Assembly (NCBI GenBank): GCA_963795855.1
Contig: CAWCIZ010000003.1
Location: 64,001 to 128,000, forward strand
Direction: 5' to 3'
Source: Vulcanimicrobiota bacterium
Lineage (GTDB): Bacteria; Vulcanimicrobiota; Vulcanimicrobiia; Vulcanimicrobiales; Vulcanimicrobiaceae
Length of the DNA: 64,000 bases
Shown here piece after piece: positions 1-11,763 of this stretch. A model generated the notes under the pieces. It did no database searches, was not told the DNA's origin, and worked only from the letters and a program-made list of their open reading frames with translations. Numbering within the stretch: position 1 is the first letter of the stretch; each line of letters begins with the position of its first letter. Position numbers and translations under genes: made by a program.

Positions 1-713
1 ACCGTCTTCGCCGAAAGCGTGCGCGCCGCGCCGGTCTTGCGATCGCCGACCGTAACGTTCCAGCGTCCGTCCCCAGCGCGCTGCAGATTCGTCACGCGGT
101 GCGAATAGGCAACGCTCACGCCCGCAAGCGTCTGCAGATACGCGAGCAAGTGACGCGTCACCGCGCCGTAGTCGACGTCGGTTCCGGTCACCATTCGCGT
201 CGCGGCAACATGCTGCGCGGGATCGCGCCCTTCCATGATCAGCGGCATCCATTGCGCGAGCACCGCATGGTCCTCGCTGTACTCCATACCTTTGAAACAA
301 TGGTGAGCGCTCATCGCTTCATAACGCTTGCGCAAAAACGCGACGTTCTCGTCGCCCCAGACGAAGCTGATGTGCGGCACGTCGTGAATGAAGGATTCCG
401 GCTGTCCCATTGCGCCGGCGCGCACCATATGCGCCCAGAACTGCCGCGTCAGATCGAACTGCGTATTCACCGCCAGCGCCCGCCCGATGGCGATGCTGCC
501 GTCGGCATTTTGCGGCGTGTAGTTCAACTCGCAGAGCGCCGCGTGGCCCGTCCCGGCGTTGTTCCAAGCGTTGGAACTCTCTTCGGCCGGCGCGTCGAGC
601 ATCTCGAAGACCTCGACGGTCATGTCCGGCTGCAGATGCTTGAGCATCGCGGCGAGCGTCGCACTCATAATGCCGCCGCCGACCAGGACGATATCGGTTC
701 GCTTCTCAGGCAT
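1..713 (-). CDS. mqo: Malate:quinone oxidoreductase (3' end outside window)
   Basis: Manual minus-strand translation from ATG 713: MPEKRTDIVLVGGGIMSATLAAMLKHL...EESSNAWNNAGTGHAALCELNYTP, the Mqo signature. Not in the ORF track because it runs off the edge. Confidence 0.93.
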   Translation of the reverse strand, partial: MPEKRTDIVLVGGGIMSATLAAMLKHLQPDMTVEVFEMLDAPAEESSNAWNNAGTGHAALCELNYTPQNADGSIAIGRALAVNTQFDLTRQFWAHMVRAGAMGQPESFIHDVPHISFVWGDENVAFLRKRYEAMSAHHCFKGMEYSEDHAVLAQWMPLIMEGRDPAQHVAATRMVTGTDVDYGAVTRHLLAYLQTLAGVSVAYSHRVTNLQRAGDGRWNVTVGDRKTGAARTLSAKT

Positions 714-785
714 AGGCTATTACAGTAGCGTCCCGCTGGCCCGGGGGCTAGGCCTTCTCCGACAGGCTCGCCAACTTCCGGGCCT

Positions 786-1388
786 ATGCGACAGCACATG
801 CAAACCCGGACCGAGGTCTCCCGATTCGGGGAACCGCCGGAGGGCGAGCTGCCCGACGACATCAAGGCAATCTACGAGAAGAACCGCGAGAAAATCGGCT
901 TCGTGCCGAACGTCTTCCGGGCGTACGCGAAGCGGCCCGACCACTTCCGCGCGTTCATGACGTATCACGACGTGCTCATGAAAGGCCCCGGGAATCTCTC
1001 GCGCGCCGAACGTGAAGCGATCGTCGTTGCCGTCTCTTCTGAAAACCGCTGCCAGTACTGCATGGTCGCGCACGGCGCGGCGCTGCGCGTGCTCGGAAAA
1101 GACGCGGTGGTCGCGGAGCAAATCGGCAACAATTGGCGTACGGCCGACATCTCGCCGCGCATGCGGGCCATGCTTGCCTTCGCTTCGCACGTCAATCAGC
1201 CGGCCTTCGCGGCAACCGAGCACGAAATAGACGAGCTGCACCTCGCCGGCTTTAGCGACGCGGACATTTGGGATATTGCCGCCATCGCCGCGTTCTTCGG
1301 ATTCTCGAACCGCATGGCCGGCCTGATGGATATGCGCCCGAACGAACAGTTTTACCACATGGGCCGCGAGCAAGCGCAGGGCGAGTAA
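786..1388 (+). CDS. Peroxidase-related enzyme, AhpD/CMD family
   Basis: LSRAEREAIVVAVSSENRCQYCMVAH (CxxC..H) and GFVPNVF motifs; start may be 798. Confidence 0.88.
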   Translation: MRQHMQTRTEVSRFGEPPEGELPDDIKAIYEKNREKIGFVPNVFRAYAKRPDHFRAFMTYHDVLMKGPGNLSRAEREAIVVAVSSENRCQYCMVAHGAALRVLGKDAVVAEQIGNNWRTADISPRMRAMLAFASHVNQPAFAATEHEIDELHLAGFSDADIWDIAAIAAFFGFSNRMAGLMDMRPNEQFYHMGREQAQGE

Positions 1389-1426
1389 CGCGCCGCCTCC
1401 GGGTACGAGAACTACGGAGGTAAGAC

Positions 1427-1810
1427 ATGGAAATTCCGAATCGCGTACCTTGGGTGAACGTAGCCGTCGGCGTCCTGACGATTATTTCGCCCTTCGTCGC
1501 GGTGCCGAATCCGTACGGTGCCAAGTGGGACATGGTCGTTACGGGCTTCATCATCGCCGTCGTCGCAATCGTCGAAATGGCGACCTACGCCAAGACGCAG
1601 CGTATGGGCTATTGGCCGGTGATCAACATCCTCGCGGGCATTTGGCTGTTCATCTCCACGACGTTCATCGGCGGCAACATCGCCCTCGTCTGGAGCAACA
1701 TCATGCTTGGCGTACTCTCGATCGTGACTGCGCTCGTCGCGCTCTCATACGAACGCATGCACGTCGCGCACACCGTGCAGCCGCCGACCCAGACGCATCT
1801 TCGCACATAG
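1427..1810 (+). CDS. SPW-repeat-like small membrane protein
   Basis: Four hydrophobic segments; two WxNxxxGxxxxISP/T units; GGAGG RBS upstream. Confidence 0.75.
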   Translation: MEIPNRVPWVNVAVGVLTIISPFVAVPNPYGAKWDMVVTGFIIAVVAIVEMATYAKTQRMGYWPVINILAGIWLFISTTFIGGNIALVWSNIMLGVLSIVTALVALSYERMHVAHTVQPPTQTHLRT

Positions 1811-1837
1811 CATATCGGTGCGATCCGAGGACGGCCG

Positions 1838-2368
1838 CTACTGCGGCCGTCCTACCGTGATGTCGTCGGTGATACTCTTCACGCCCGGCACGCCGCGCAC
1901 CGTCGTCACGATCGTTTGATGCACGGACGCGCTCTTCACTTCACCGCGCAGCGTAACGTTGCCGTCGTGCACGGACGGTTGAACGTCAAGCGCATTCACG
2001 CCCGTTTGTCCGGCAATTGCGGCGGAGATGCGGGCGGTCAGCGCGGCGTCACTCGCCTGGCCGCGTAACCCTTGCGCGCGCGGATTGATACCAAGCCGGT
2101 CGCGAACGGCGACGACGCCGCTTACCGACTTCGCTGCATTGTCATACTGCAGCCGCTCCTGCGCGCTGCGCGCTTGGCCGGCGAGCGTCACGACGCCGTG
2201 ACTCGCGGAGACGTGCACGCGCGTTATCGCATCGACGTCTATCGCAGCGATTTTCGCGCCCACGGCGGTCACCAGGTATGCGTCGTTTACTTGGGTGTTC
2301 GTTTGCTGCTGCTCGTGAGCGGTGCACGCGACGAGCAGCGCGAGTAAAAGGATCGACCAGAACTTCAT
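1838..2368 (-). CDS. Dual BON-domain lipoprotein (OsmY-like)
   Basis: Lipobox LVAC; two GxVTLxG...GV BON repeats. Confidence 0.9.
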   Translation of the reverse strand: MKFWSILLLALLVACTAHEQQQTNTQVNDAYLVTAVGAKIAAIDVDAITRVHVSASHGVVTLAGQARSAQERLQYDNAAKSVSGVVAVRDRLGINPRAQGLRGQASDAALTARISAAIAGQTGVNALDVQPSVHDGNVTLRGEVKSASVHQTIVTTVRGVPGVKSITDDITVGRPQ

Positions 2369-2389
2369 GACGTTGTTGTACCCGCACGC

Positions 2390-3550
2390 TCAATACGTGA
2401 TCGACGCAATCTTTTCGGCATACATCTCCGTGAACCACACTTGCGACGGGTTGCACGGCGAGCCTTTGGCGGGCGCCGCGATTGCGCCCAGCCCCGCGTT
2501 GGGTGTCGGTACGGCGAACTCTTGAATCGCGCCCGAAACGTCGATGCGCCCGATTTTATTCGCATTTGCTTCGGTGAACCACATGCCGCCGTCCGGTGCG
2601 AGCGCGATACCTGCAAGGCCGCTGTCCGGCGTGGGCACGCGGTATTCCGAAAACCGCCCGGCCGTCGTCATGCGCCAGATCGCGTTATGGCCTTCGTCGA
2701 CGAACCACATGGCGCCGTCGCGCCCTTCGATTACGACGTCGTCGCCCGGGGTCGGCGGCAGTACCGTTCCCGCAGGCAAATTGAATTGCCGCAGCACCGC
2801 GCCGCCATCACCGAATTCGTAGATCGGTCCCGCCTGCCCGGTCAGCGCGCCCCAAACGTGCCGGTCCGGCCCACTCGCGAGCGTGAGTGAAAACGCCGAC
2901 ACGGTGGCGAGGTTCGACGGCAACTGCGCCGGATAACCGAATGCGCCGCCAAGATTTCCGTTGCAGCATGACTCGCCCGCTATCCAAACGTTTCCCGCCG
3001 GGTCGGTGAGAATGGAATAAACCGCCGCACCGAGCGGCCCCTCGAGCGACGGACACATCGCCGCTATTTCGCCGCTGCCGCATTCCAAAAAATCGTCACT
3101 CAGCGGCGACCCATACGGTAAGTACGGGCTGCTCCACATCACACGCGGCGCATCGTGCGCGTCGACCGCATCGACCAAACCGCCGCCGTCCCACTGGCTG
3201 CCCACGAAATAGCCGCGCGTTTCGCCGAACCTTCCGCCGACGTACCGAAACAATCCGGGCGTGGCGCCCGAGCCGAAGCAGCATCCGACGCCGCGGCCGA
3301 AATACACGGCGCCGTCGCCGGCGATGTCGATTGCGGTCGGCCACGCGATGAATCCGTCGACTGCCGGCACTGCAAACTCGGAAATGCGTACGCTGGCCGC
3401 ACTGAACGCTGGTAATGAAGTGGTGCCGTTCGGTGCAGGCGCCGGAGCGATGGAGGGCAACGCCGCAGGTTCGATGCCCGCGCCCGGTGCGCTGCATGCA
3501 GCGAGCAAAATCGCGAACGCCGCACAGATCGCGGCGACGGAGCGACGCAT
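2390..3550 (-). CDS. Vgb (virginiamycin B lyase)-like beta-propeller lipoprotein
   Basis: Likely start MRRSVAA with lipobox LLAAC; repeats GxDGxMWFxE...NxIxR; ORF track extends it upstream to 3691. Confidence 0.75.
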   Translation of the reverse strand: MRRSVAAICAAFAILLAACSAPGAGIEPAALPSIAPAPAPNGTTSLPAFSAASVRISEFAVPAVDGFIAWPTAIDIAGDGAVYFGRGVGCCFGSGATPGLFRYVGGRFGETRGYFVGSQWDGGGLVDAVDAHDAPRVMWSSPYLPYGSPLSDDFLECGSGEIAAMCPSLEGPLGAAVYSILTDPAGNVWIAGESCCNGNLGGAFGYPAQLPSNLATVSAFSLTLASGPDRHVWGALTGQAGPIYEFGDGGAVLRQFNLPAGTVLPPTPGDDVVIEGRDGAMWFVDEGHNAIWRMTTAGRFSEYRVPTPDSGLAGIALAPDGGMWFTEANANKIGRIDVSGAIQEFAVPTPNAGLGAIAAPAKGSPCNPSQVWFTEMYAEKIASITY

Positions 3551-3638
3551 GATGTCATACACGTACCCCTCTTGCGATGGGCGGAGACAGGGCCGAACGG
3601 GCAGTGCGTCGAGGCGGTTGTACGCGCCGCTGAGGAGG

Positions 3639-4874
3639 CTAGAGCAGGGAGATCGTTCTCTGCGGCGCTTTCGCCCGAGCCGCGGCGGCAAGCGCGTTCG
3701 CCGTCATCGCAATCCAGCCGGCGATGCCGAACACTGCGCCGCGAGCTATCAAGCCGAGACTTCCGTGCAGCAAACCGGTGAGGGCGAGCGCGATTGCGAT
3801 CTGAAACGCGCCGAACGCGAACCATGACAGACGCGGCTCGAGCAATTCTTCCGGACGCGTCTCGTCGTCTTCACCGCGGTACACCGTGGAAATGAGACGA
3901 ACGCCGATATGATGGAAGTGTGCGAGCACCATTTGCCCGATCCATCCGGCGAGCAGTGCGAAAATGTATGCGGGCTGCCACGGCTTTCCCGAGAAGATCG
4001 CGCCGCCGATTGCAAGCGCTGTAAGAAACCACAGCACGCTGCACGCGATGAACGCTTGCGGCGGGCGATGCCGTACCGTCGCGCGACGCAAGACGTCGAA
4101 TGCGTCGAATGCATACCCGAGCGCGGCGCACGCGAACAGCGCGCCGCCGATCCACGAGAGGACGTCGTGCCGCGAACCCAATCCCGCTGCCAGCAGCGGC
4201 ACGCCGAGTATCGCGAGCGTTCCGACCACGATGTGCATCCACCGAAAACGCGTCGCCGTACCGGATATCGGGCGCAGCGTGCGCATCGACACGCCGAATA
4301 TCAGCAGTGAAAGCCACCCGAGCGCGCCGAGCGCGGCATGCGCCGATGCAAGCGAAGCGGCCCACGAGAACGCGCGGCCCCCGAGCAAGCCTGCAAGACC
4401 GTAGCCGATGATCGCCGTCGCCAGCAAAAATAGCAGCGTGCCGCCGAACGCGCGCGCCACCGCGCGCTGCACGCGATCGCCATGCCGTGCTTGCGCGAGC
4501 GTCACGAACGCGGTAACGGCGTACACCACAATCGACGCCAGCAGCAGATCGCCGGCAGGTGCGAGCGCTCCGGCATTGCCCAGAAAGCCGTAGAGCAGCA
4601 TCCCCACGCCGATTCCGTACGCAACCAGCGACCAGCGCGCAACACCCTCGCCGCGCCACTCGACGTCCACGAAACTCTGCAGCGCGTGGAGCAGGATCGC
4701 GAGCGCGGACATCGTGACCCACCCGAGCGCGACCGTGTGAATCCACGCGAACCCGACGTATCCGTGCACCGCGGCCGACCACGCGGCCCAAAACAGCAAA
4801 AGCCACGAAAAGCCGTGCGCGAAATGCGCGTAGATCAGTGCCGCCGGTGGAATCCAATGGCGTCGCGCAAACAT
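3639..4874 (-). CDS. Polytopic membrane protein (about 12 TM) with repeated His..LGW motifs
   Basis: Hydrophobic throughout; IHTVALGW, AHAALGALGW and LAGWIGQM repeats. Confidence 0.7.
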   Translation of the reverse strand: MFARRHWIPPAALIYAHFAHGFSWLLLFWAAWSAAVHGYVGFAWIHTVALGWVTMSALAILLHALQSFVDVEWRGEGVARWSLVAYGIGVGMLLYGFLGNAGALAPAGDLLLASIVVYAVTAFVTLAQARHGDRVQRAVARAFGGTLLFLLATAIIGYGLAGLLGGRAFSWAASLASAHAALGALGWLSLLIFGVSMRTLRPISGTATRFRWMHIVVGTLAILGVPLLAAGLGSRHDVLSWIGGALFACAALGYAFDAFDVLRRATVRHRPPQAFIACSVLWFLTALAIGGAIFSGKPWQPAYIFALLAGWIGQMVLAHFHHIGVRLISTVYRGEDDETRPEELLEPRLSWFAFGAFQIAIALALTGLLHGSLGLIARGAVFGIAGWIAMTANALAAAARAKAPQRTISLL

Positions 4875-4878
4875 GAGG

Positions 4879-5853
4879 TTACGAGAGCAACTGCGTGAAG
4901 CGATCGACGTCGACGTTTCCGCCGCTGATCACGATGCCCACGCGCTTCCCGCCGAGATCGATCTTTCCGGAGAGCATTGCCGCGATGCCGGCGGCTCCGC
5001 TCGGCTCGAGCACGATCTTCAGCCGTTCGAACGCAAAGCGCATCGCGTCGCACAGTTCCGCATCGCTCACCGTGACGATCCGGCCGTGATGCGCGCGTAC
5101 CGCCGCAAAAGTCAACTCACCCGGAGCCTGCGTTTGCAAACCGTCGGCGATGGTGTGCGGAACGTCGATGTGCACGATTTCGCCGCGCTCCAGCGACTGC
5201 TGAAAATCGTTGCCGGTCTGCGGTTCGACGCCGTACATTGCGATATCGGGATCGAAGCCGTGCGCCGCTATCGAGCTGCCGGAGAGCAGCCCGCCGCCGC
5301 CGACGGGCGTTACGATCGCATCGATGCCTTCGACGTCCTCGAGCAATTCAAGCGCTGCGGTTCCGGCGCCGGCGATCACGTCGCGATCGTTGAACGGCGG
5401 CACGAGCGTCGCTCCCCGCTCGTCACACAATTTCTGCGCAATCTCCGCACGGTGCGAGCGGTGCCGATCGTAAAAAATAATTTCCGCGCCGTATCCGCGC
5501 GTTGCGGCAATCTTCGCTTTCGGCGCGTCTTCCGGCATCACGATGGCGGCCGGAACGCCCAGCAGTTTGCCGGCGAGTGCTACGCCTTGAGCGTGATTTC
5601 CGCTGGAGAACGCGACCACGCCGGCCCGGCGATGCTGCGCGTCCAGCTGCACGATACGGTTGTACGCGCCGCGGAATTTGAATGCGCCCATCCGCTGAAA
5701 GTTCTCGCATTTCAGAAAGATCTCGCACCCCGCGCGATCGTTCAACGTTTGCGACGTCAGGACGGGTGTGCGATGCACGACGCCGTCCAGCCGGCGCGCA
5801 GCCGCGCGCACGTCTTCGATGGTTACGAGTTTTTCTGCGCTCGACGTATCCAC
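4879..5853 (-). CDS. PLP-dependent threonine/serine dehydratase (serine racemase / threo-3-hydroxyaspartate ammonia-lyase family)
   Basis: KCENFQRMGAFKFRGA, SSGNHAQG, PVGGGGL and SGGNVD motifs; probable GTG start at 5853. Confidence 0.92.
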   Translation of the reverse strand: MDTSSAEKLVTIEDVRAAARRLDGVVHRTPVLTSQTLNDRAGCEIFLKCENFQRMGAFKFRGAYNRIVQLDAQHRRAGVVAFSSGNHAQGVALAGKLLGVPAAIVMPEDAPKAKIAATRGYGAEIIFYDRHRSHRAEIAQKLCDERGATLVPPFNDRDVIAGAGTAALELLEDVEGIDAIVTPVGGGGLLSGSSIAAHGFDPDIAMYGVEPQTGNDFQQSLERGEIVHIDVPHTIADGLQTQAPGELTFAAVRAHHGRIVTVSDAELCDAMRFAFERLKIVLEPSGAAGIAAMLSGKIDLGGKRVGIVISGGNVDVDRFTQLLS

Positions 5854-6190
5854 CAGTATCGAACCTTTCCGTCTTTCGCGAGCCGCATGACTTCCCGATA
5901 CGACGCTTTTTCGAATTGTACGTCGAAGCACACCGCATCCTGCGGGCACGACGCTTCGGTCGCCTGCTCGAGGCCCTGATACGCACCCTGCGCGGACAAC
6001 TCGTCGGAGAACTCTGCGACGCGCACGCGAGTCAATTCGCCTTCGATGCTCGGATCCAGATCGTTCATCACGGGAGAAAGATCGTCGGCGACCACCGCGC
6101 GCGTCATCCGGTCGGCTAGGCGTTCGTTCCCATTCGCGTGACTGCACGAAGCCAGAACGAGCGCGCAGAGCAGTACGAGCGGCGCGCGCC

Positions 6191-6194
<4 letters not shown>
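5823..6194 (-). CDS. Hypothetical lipoprotein
   Basis: GTG overlaps the prfC stop; lipobox LASC. Confidence 0.65.
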
Positions 6195-7803
<1,609 letters not shown>

Positions 7804-7807
<4 letters not shown>

Positions 7808-8250
7808 TGTTTCGTCTGATAAACCCGCAGTTCGAAGCCGTTGCCCGCGCCGCGCAGGAGCGAAATGGATCCCGGTGCTTCGTAAAGCCGCGCGATGGGC
7901 GGCACGCGCAAACGATCCGCTCCCCGTGCAACCAGCACCGTGTCGCTGTCGACGTGCACGCGGCAGTCGGCGAAATCGAGCGTCGCACCGGGCCGCAGCA
8001 TCGCCGAGCCGCGCGGCAAATTTGCGAGCACGAACTGCAGCGGCCCCGTCGATTTACTCGTTTGCCTAAAGCACTCCGGAAGCACGGAAAGCGCCCAGCC
8101 CGCTTCCGCCACGAACGCGCCCTCGGAGCGTTTCGACGGCAACGGCGTTTGCGCCGCTTTCGGCGGCACGCGAACGAACACGGATTTGATGCGGATTGCC
8201 AAATTTTCGCGATTGACGTAGATGCCGGCAATCGCGAACGCCGCCACCAC
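7804..8250 (-). CDS. Hypothetical protein with N-terminal membrane anchor
   Basis: Fills the gap between GH130 and prfC; stop overlaps the prfC ATG; start uncertain. Confidence 0.6.
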
Positions 8251-8275
8251 GACTATCGCGGAGACGGCGAAATAT

Positions 8276-9376
8276 CTAAGCAGCGCTCTCGGCGGGTTCG
8301 CGAGTGCCGAGGCGTTCGCCGAGCGTCAAACGCGCCGCGCCTATCGACCAGTCCGCCATGCCGTAGTAAAAATCGAACGTGCGCGCACCCAAGTCCGGGC
8401 GCGGATCGATCGCCGTCGGAAAAACGACGTTGTCGACGATACCGCGCAGTTCCGTGTCGCATTCCGGCGCGAGCACCGGTTTCGGCGAGCGGTACAGGAT
8501 TTTGTGCGGCTGCTCGAGGTCGTGAATCATGATGCCGGCGCTGTACTTCAGCTTCGGTTTGCTCGCACCGTGATCGATCACGTCGACCGCGTGAAACAGC
8601 GACATCCAGCCTTCGTCGATGCGCACGGGCGGGGTTCCGGCGCCGAGTTTGAGCGAACCCCATTGCGCGTTCGGCGACATTACCAGCACGCTCTCGCAGA
8701 CGTCCAGGATGTTCGCGCGATCCCGCAGCACGGGTTCGAGCGGTATATACGCCAAGCGAATCGATTCGCGGTCCGCGAAGGGCATGCGCTCGATCATCGG
8801 AATCGCGGCACGTCCGTCGACCGCTGAAAGATGCAGCATGGGACGATGATAAAATGCGAGCGACTTCACACCGGTCGGTGACAGAACCGGTTCCGGAAAA
8901 AACGCAGCGTCTTTGTCGTCGCCGATGTGCATGCCCGGTTTGTCGAAATGCAGCATTCCGACGCGTTCCCACGCGAATCCGTCGGCCGAGAGCGCGACGG
9001 CGATACGCGGGCCTTGGGGACCGAATGCGGTGTATGCCATGACGTAGCGATCGATCTCGGAGACGAACGTCACGCGCGGGTCTTCACAGCCGTACCCGGG
9101 ATGCGCTCGCAACTCGTACGGCGCATCGGGCTGCAGCGCGAAACCGTCGCGTTCGAACGTGAACCGATCGCCTTCGGCTCGGCCTTTCACCAAACCAACG
9201 CGAGAAATGTTGCCGCGCGCGACGTCGCGCGGGTAAAGCAATAACTCACCGCCGCGCGTGCGCGCAGAGGCGGGGTTCAGCGTACCTTCTGCTTCGCTAT
9301 CGTCGCCGTTCGGTTCGAGAACCAAACCGAGCCGCTCGACTTTAACGTCCAACTCGAACGCTTCGTGTGCCAGCAT
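8276..9376 (-). CDS. Glycoside hydrolase family 130 protein (glycosidase/phosphorylase)
   Basis: Starts MLAHEAFELD; GTLNPAS, GCEDPRV, DKDAAFFPE, NVVFP and YYGMAD motifs. Confidence 0.88.
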   Translation of the reverse strand: MLAHEAFELDVKVERLGLVLEPNGDDSEAEGTLNPASARTRGGELLLYPRDVARGNISRVGLVKGRAEGDRFTFERDGFALQPDAPYELRAHPGYGCEDPRVTFVSEIDRYVMAYTAFGPQGPRIAVALSADGFAWERVGMLHFDKPGMHIGDDKDAAFFPEPVLSPTGVKSLAFYHRPMLHLSAVDGRAAIPMIERMPFADRESIRLAYIPLEPVLRDRANILDVCESVLVMSPNAQWGSLKLGAGTPPVRIDEGWMSLFHAVDVIDHGASKPKLKYSAGIMIHDLEQPHKILYRSPKPVLAPECDTELRGIVDNVVFPTAIDPRPDLGARTFDFYYGMADWSIGAARLTLGERLGTREPAESAA

Positions 9377-10399
9377 CAAACCTCTACGGAAACGCCGCTC
9401 GCGCGAGCGCGGTTTCCAAACGCTGTAATGATTTCGTGCGGCAAGCGTGCGCTCCGGGCTGCGAAACGCGTCCAAATCGGCGTCACCATCGAGCAGAACC
9501 AGCTGCGTTCCGGATTCGTCGAGCCGGTCCGCGCGAACCGTCGCGTACTGCATGCCAACCGATAAGATATCGTCCGCGCCCGCAACTCCCTTAGGCAGCC
9601 CGTCCGCATATCCGCAACGGACGGTTGCAATCCTCTGCTCATCGGCAAGCATAGTACCCCCATATCCGACGCGCGTCCCGGCCGAATGTCGCTCCAGGCG
9701 AACCAGCGGGGCAGTCACCTGCAGCGCGCAGCGCACCCCCGGCACGCTCGCGCCGCCCGTTGCGCCGAACAAACCAACGCCCACGCGAACGGCATCGCCG
9801 AGCGCGCCGTCCGCGGCCAGGGGAAAGGTACTCGCGACGTCGGTGCCCTCCAGATCGACGCCGGCAGCGCGCATCGTCCGCACCGCCTGGTTCATGTTCT
9901 CGATTTGCGCGTGCCGGTTTTCGAAATCGGTGACGTGAGTCCACAACCGAACCTGGGCTCCTGCTCGAGCGAGCGCCGGAGCGAACGTGCGGATCTCTTC
10001 CAATGTAAGGCCGCTCCAGGCCGCCGCGGGACGAACGCCCACGCGAACGCGCAACGGCTCGTTCAGCTGTTCGAAGACCCGGCGCGCTATGTCGAGTTCC
10101 GTCGGCGTGCCGATGCTCGGCTGAGCGTTCGCGCGGTAGGCATCCGCGAGGCGGTCCGGCTCGACGGAGCCCAAAATGACGACGGGCGCCGTCGTGTGCT
10201 TGCGAACATCGCGCAGTTCGTCGGCATCGGAGACGCAGAAACACGCCGCGATCCCTTCCAGCGCGCGCACCAGTGGGCCGTATCCCCATCCGTACCCCTC
10301 GCCCTTGACGACCGCATAGAGCGGGACGCCCGCAAAGGCGCGCCAGGCGCGCGCATTTTGCGCGACGATCTCGAGGTCGAGCGAGAGGGCGGGCTGCAT
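9376..10399 (-). CDS. alr: Alanine racemase-like protein (frameshift near 9460 fuses it to GH130 in the ORF track)
   Basis: AVVKGEGYGWG (PLP lysine), VRVGVGLFG, VGYGG, CGYADG; C-terminus ..ARLPHEIITAFGNR is in another frame ending at 9376. Confidence 0.8.
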
Positions 10400-10400
10400 C

Positions 10401-10862
10401 CTACGGCAGCACCGTGGATGCGACGGGTTCGTCCGAAGGCGTCACCACCACGACGTGTATGCCGCGACGGTAGACGGTGTTGGGGACGATCCACAGGGTG
10501 TACGTCCGGTACCTGTTGGACGGCTCGCCGCCGCTCGCGGGCGGCGACTCGAACGCGACGACGCGCACGCCGTCGGGGTTCGCGCGAATCGATTCGATGA
10601 TCTGGCGATAGCCGCTGCGATCGTGCGGTCCCATCAGGAGCACCACGCCGAATTCGCTGCGATATCGAACCGGCGCGCGAATTCCCAGCCGCTCGAGTGA
10701 GACGGCGTCACGCACGATGACGATTTGATTCCCGCCGTCGAGCACCGGCGTCGCGCCTTGCGCGAGCGTCTGCACGCGAACGTCGCGGCATCCCGCGAGC
10801 AATACCAAGGCAAGCAGGGGCCAGAGGCGCTTGAGCGAGCCAAGAGAGCGGGAAGCGGCCAC
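10401..10862 (-). CDS. Hypothetical lipoprotein
   Basis: Lipobox LLAGC; stop 1 nt before the alr start. Confidence 0.7.
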   Translation of the reverse strand: MAASRSLGSLKRLWPLLALVLLAGCRDVRVQTLAQGATPVLDGGNQIVIVRDAVSLERLGIRAPVRYRSEFGVVLLMGPHDRSGYRQIIESIRANPDGVRVVAFESPPASGGEPSNRYRTYTLWIVPNTVYRRGIHVVVVTPSDEPVASTVLP

Positions 10863-10932
10863 GCGCGTGGCGTTCGCGCAGTTGTCACGGTATGCCCTTC
10901 GGGTGCACTATTACACAGGAAGAGGTGTCCCG

Positions 10933-11700
10933 ATGCTCCAGTACATCATCGCCGTCGCGACTTTGACCGTTGCGATTGCGCCCGCACCGCCCGCAGCGTC
11001 GCCCGATCCGAAACCCAGCGCGCCGCCCGCGCTGAAAACGATTGCAACGGTGCGCGCTTCGGCGCGCTGCGCGTCGATCATCACGCACGCGAACGGCGCT
11101 ATTTCGAGCACGCTCGGCAACGATCAGATCATCGGGCAAACGATCACGCAGTTGCGGTTCATGAACTTGGATGACGGAAACGCGATACATCGTCACAACG
11201 GATTGACGGCGCTCGGGGAACTGGCAAAGAATTTGATGACGCAGGCGCGTTCCGGCGATGACGAAGTGAAACGTCTGCGCAAACTCGCATCCGAAACCAA
11301 AGATCCTGCGGAAGCAAAATCGCTCAAAGCCTTCGCAGACGAACTCGGCGGAGCGCTCTGGAGCCAGCAAAAAGTCGCGCGCGATCTCAATGGTTTCCTC
11401 GCGTATCAGGATTTCCGCGAAATGGCGCAATGGGGCGAAGCCGGCGAACAGATGAATCAGGCAACGTTCGGCGTGAAAGATCCGATCGCCGAAACGCCGT
11501 CCGACATGCGCGGCAATCAACCGATTCCGCGAACCGGCGCGCCCGGCACGGCGATGCTGGGGCACGATCCGCACGAAGCGACGGCAACGCAACAAGCCAA
11601 GTGGGCGGCCGACGACTTTCAAAGCCGAATCCCACTCATCGTCCGCGACGAAAACGACGCAGCGGCCAAGGTCGACGGAGCGATCGCGGGCTGCGAGTAG
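10933..11700 (+). CDS. Hypothetical secreted protein
   Basis: RBS GAGGTG, signal peptide MLQYIIAVATL, Pro-rich linker, LKTIATVR motif, terminal Cys. Confidence 0.75.
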   Translation: MLQYIIAVATLTVAIAPAPPAASPDPKPSAPPALKTIATVRASARCASIITHANGAISSTLGNDQIIGQTITQLRFMNLDDGNAIHRHNGLTALGELAKNLMTQARSGDDEVKRLRKLASETKDPAEAKSLKAFADELGGALWSQQKVARDLNGFLAYQDFREMAQWGEAGEQMNQATFGVKDPIAETPSDMRGNQPIPRTGAPGTAMLGHDPHEATATQQAKWAADDFQSRIPLIVRDENDAAAKVDGAIAGCE

Positions 11701-11763
11701 CCGGCCCCGCGCGCGACAAAGTCATTGTTCGTCCCAAGGCTTTTCGCTAGACTCTGAAGTCTA

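Noticed and set aside
8276..10399. 707-aa alanine racemase-GH130 fusion ORF
   Set aside because: The true Alr C-terminus lies in another frame and stops at 9376, overlapping the GH130 ATG. A single indel explains it.
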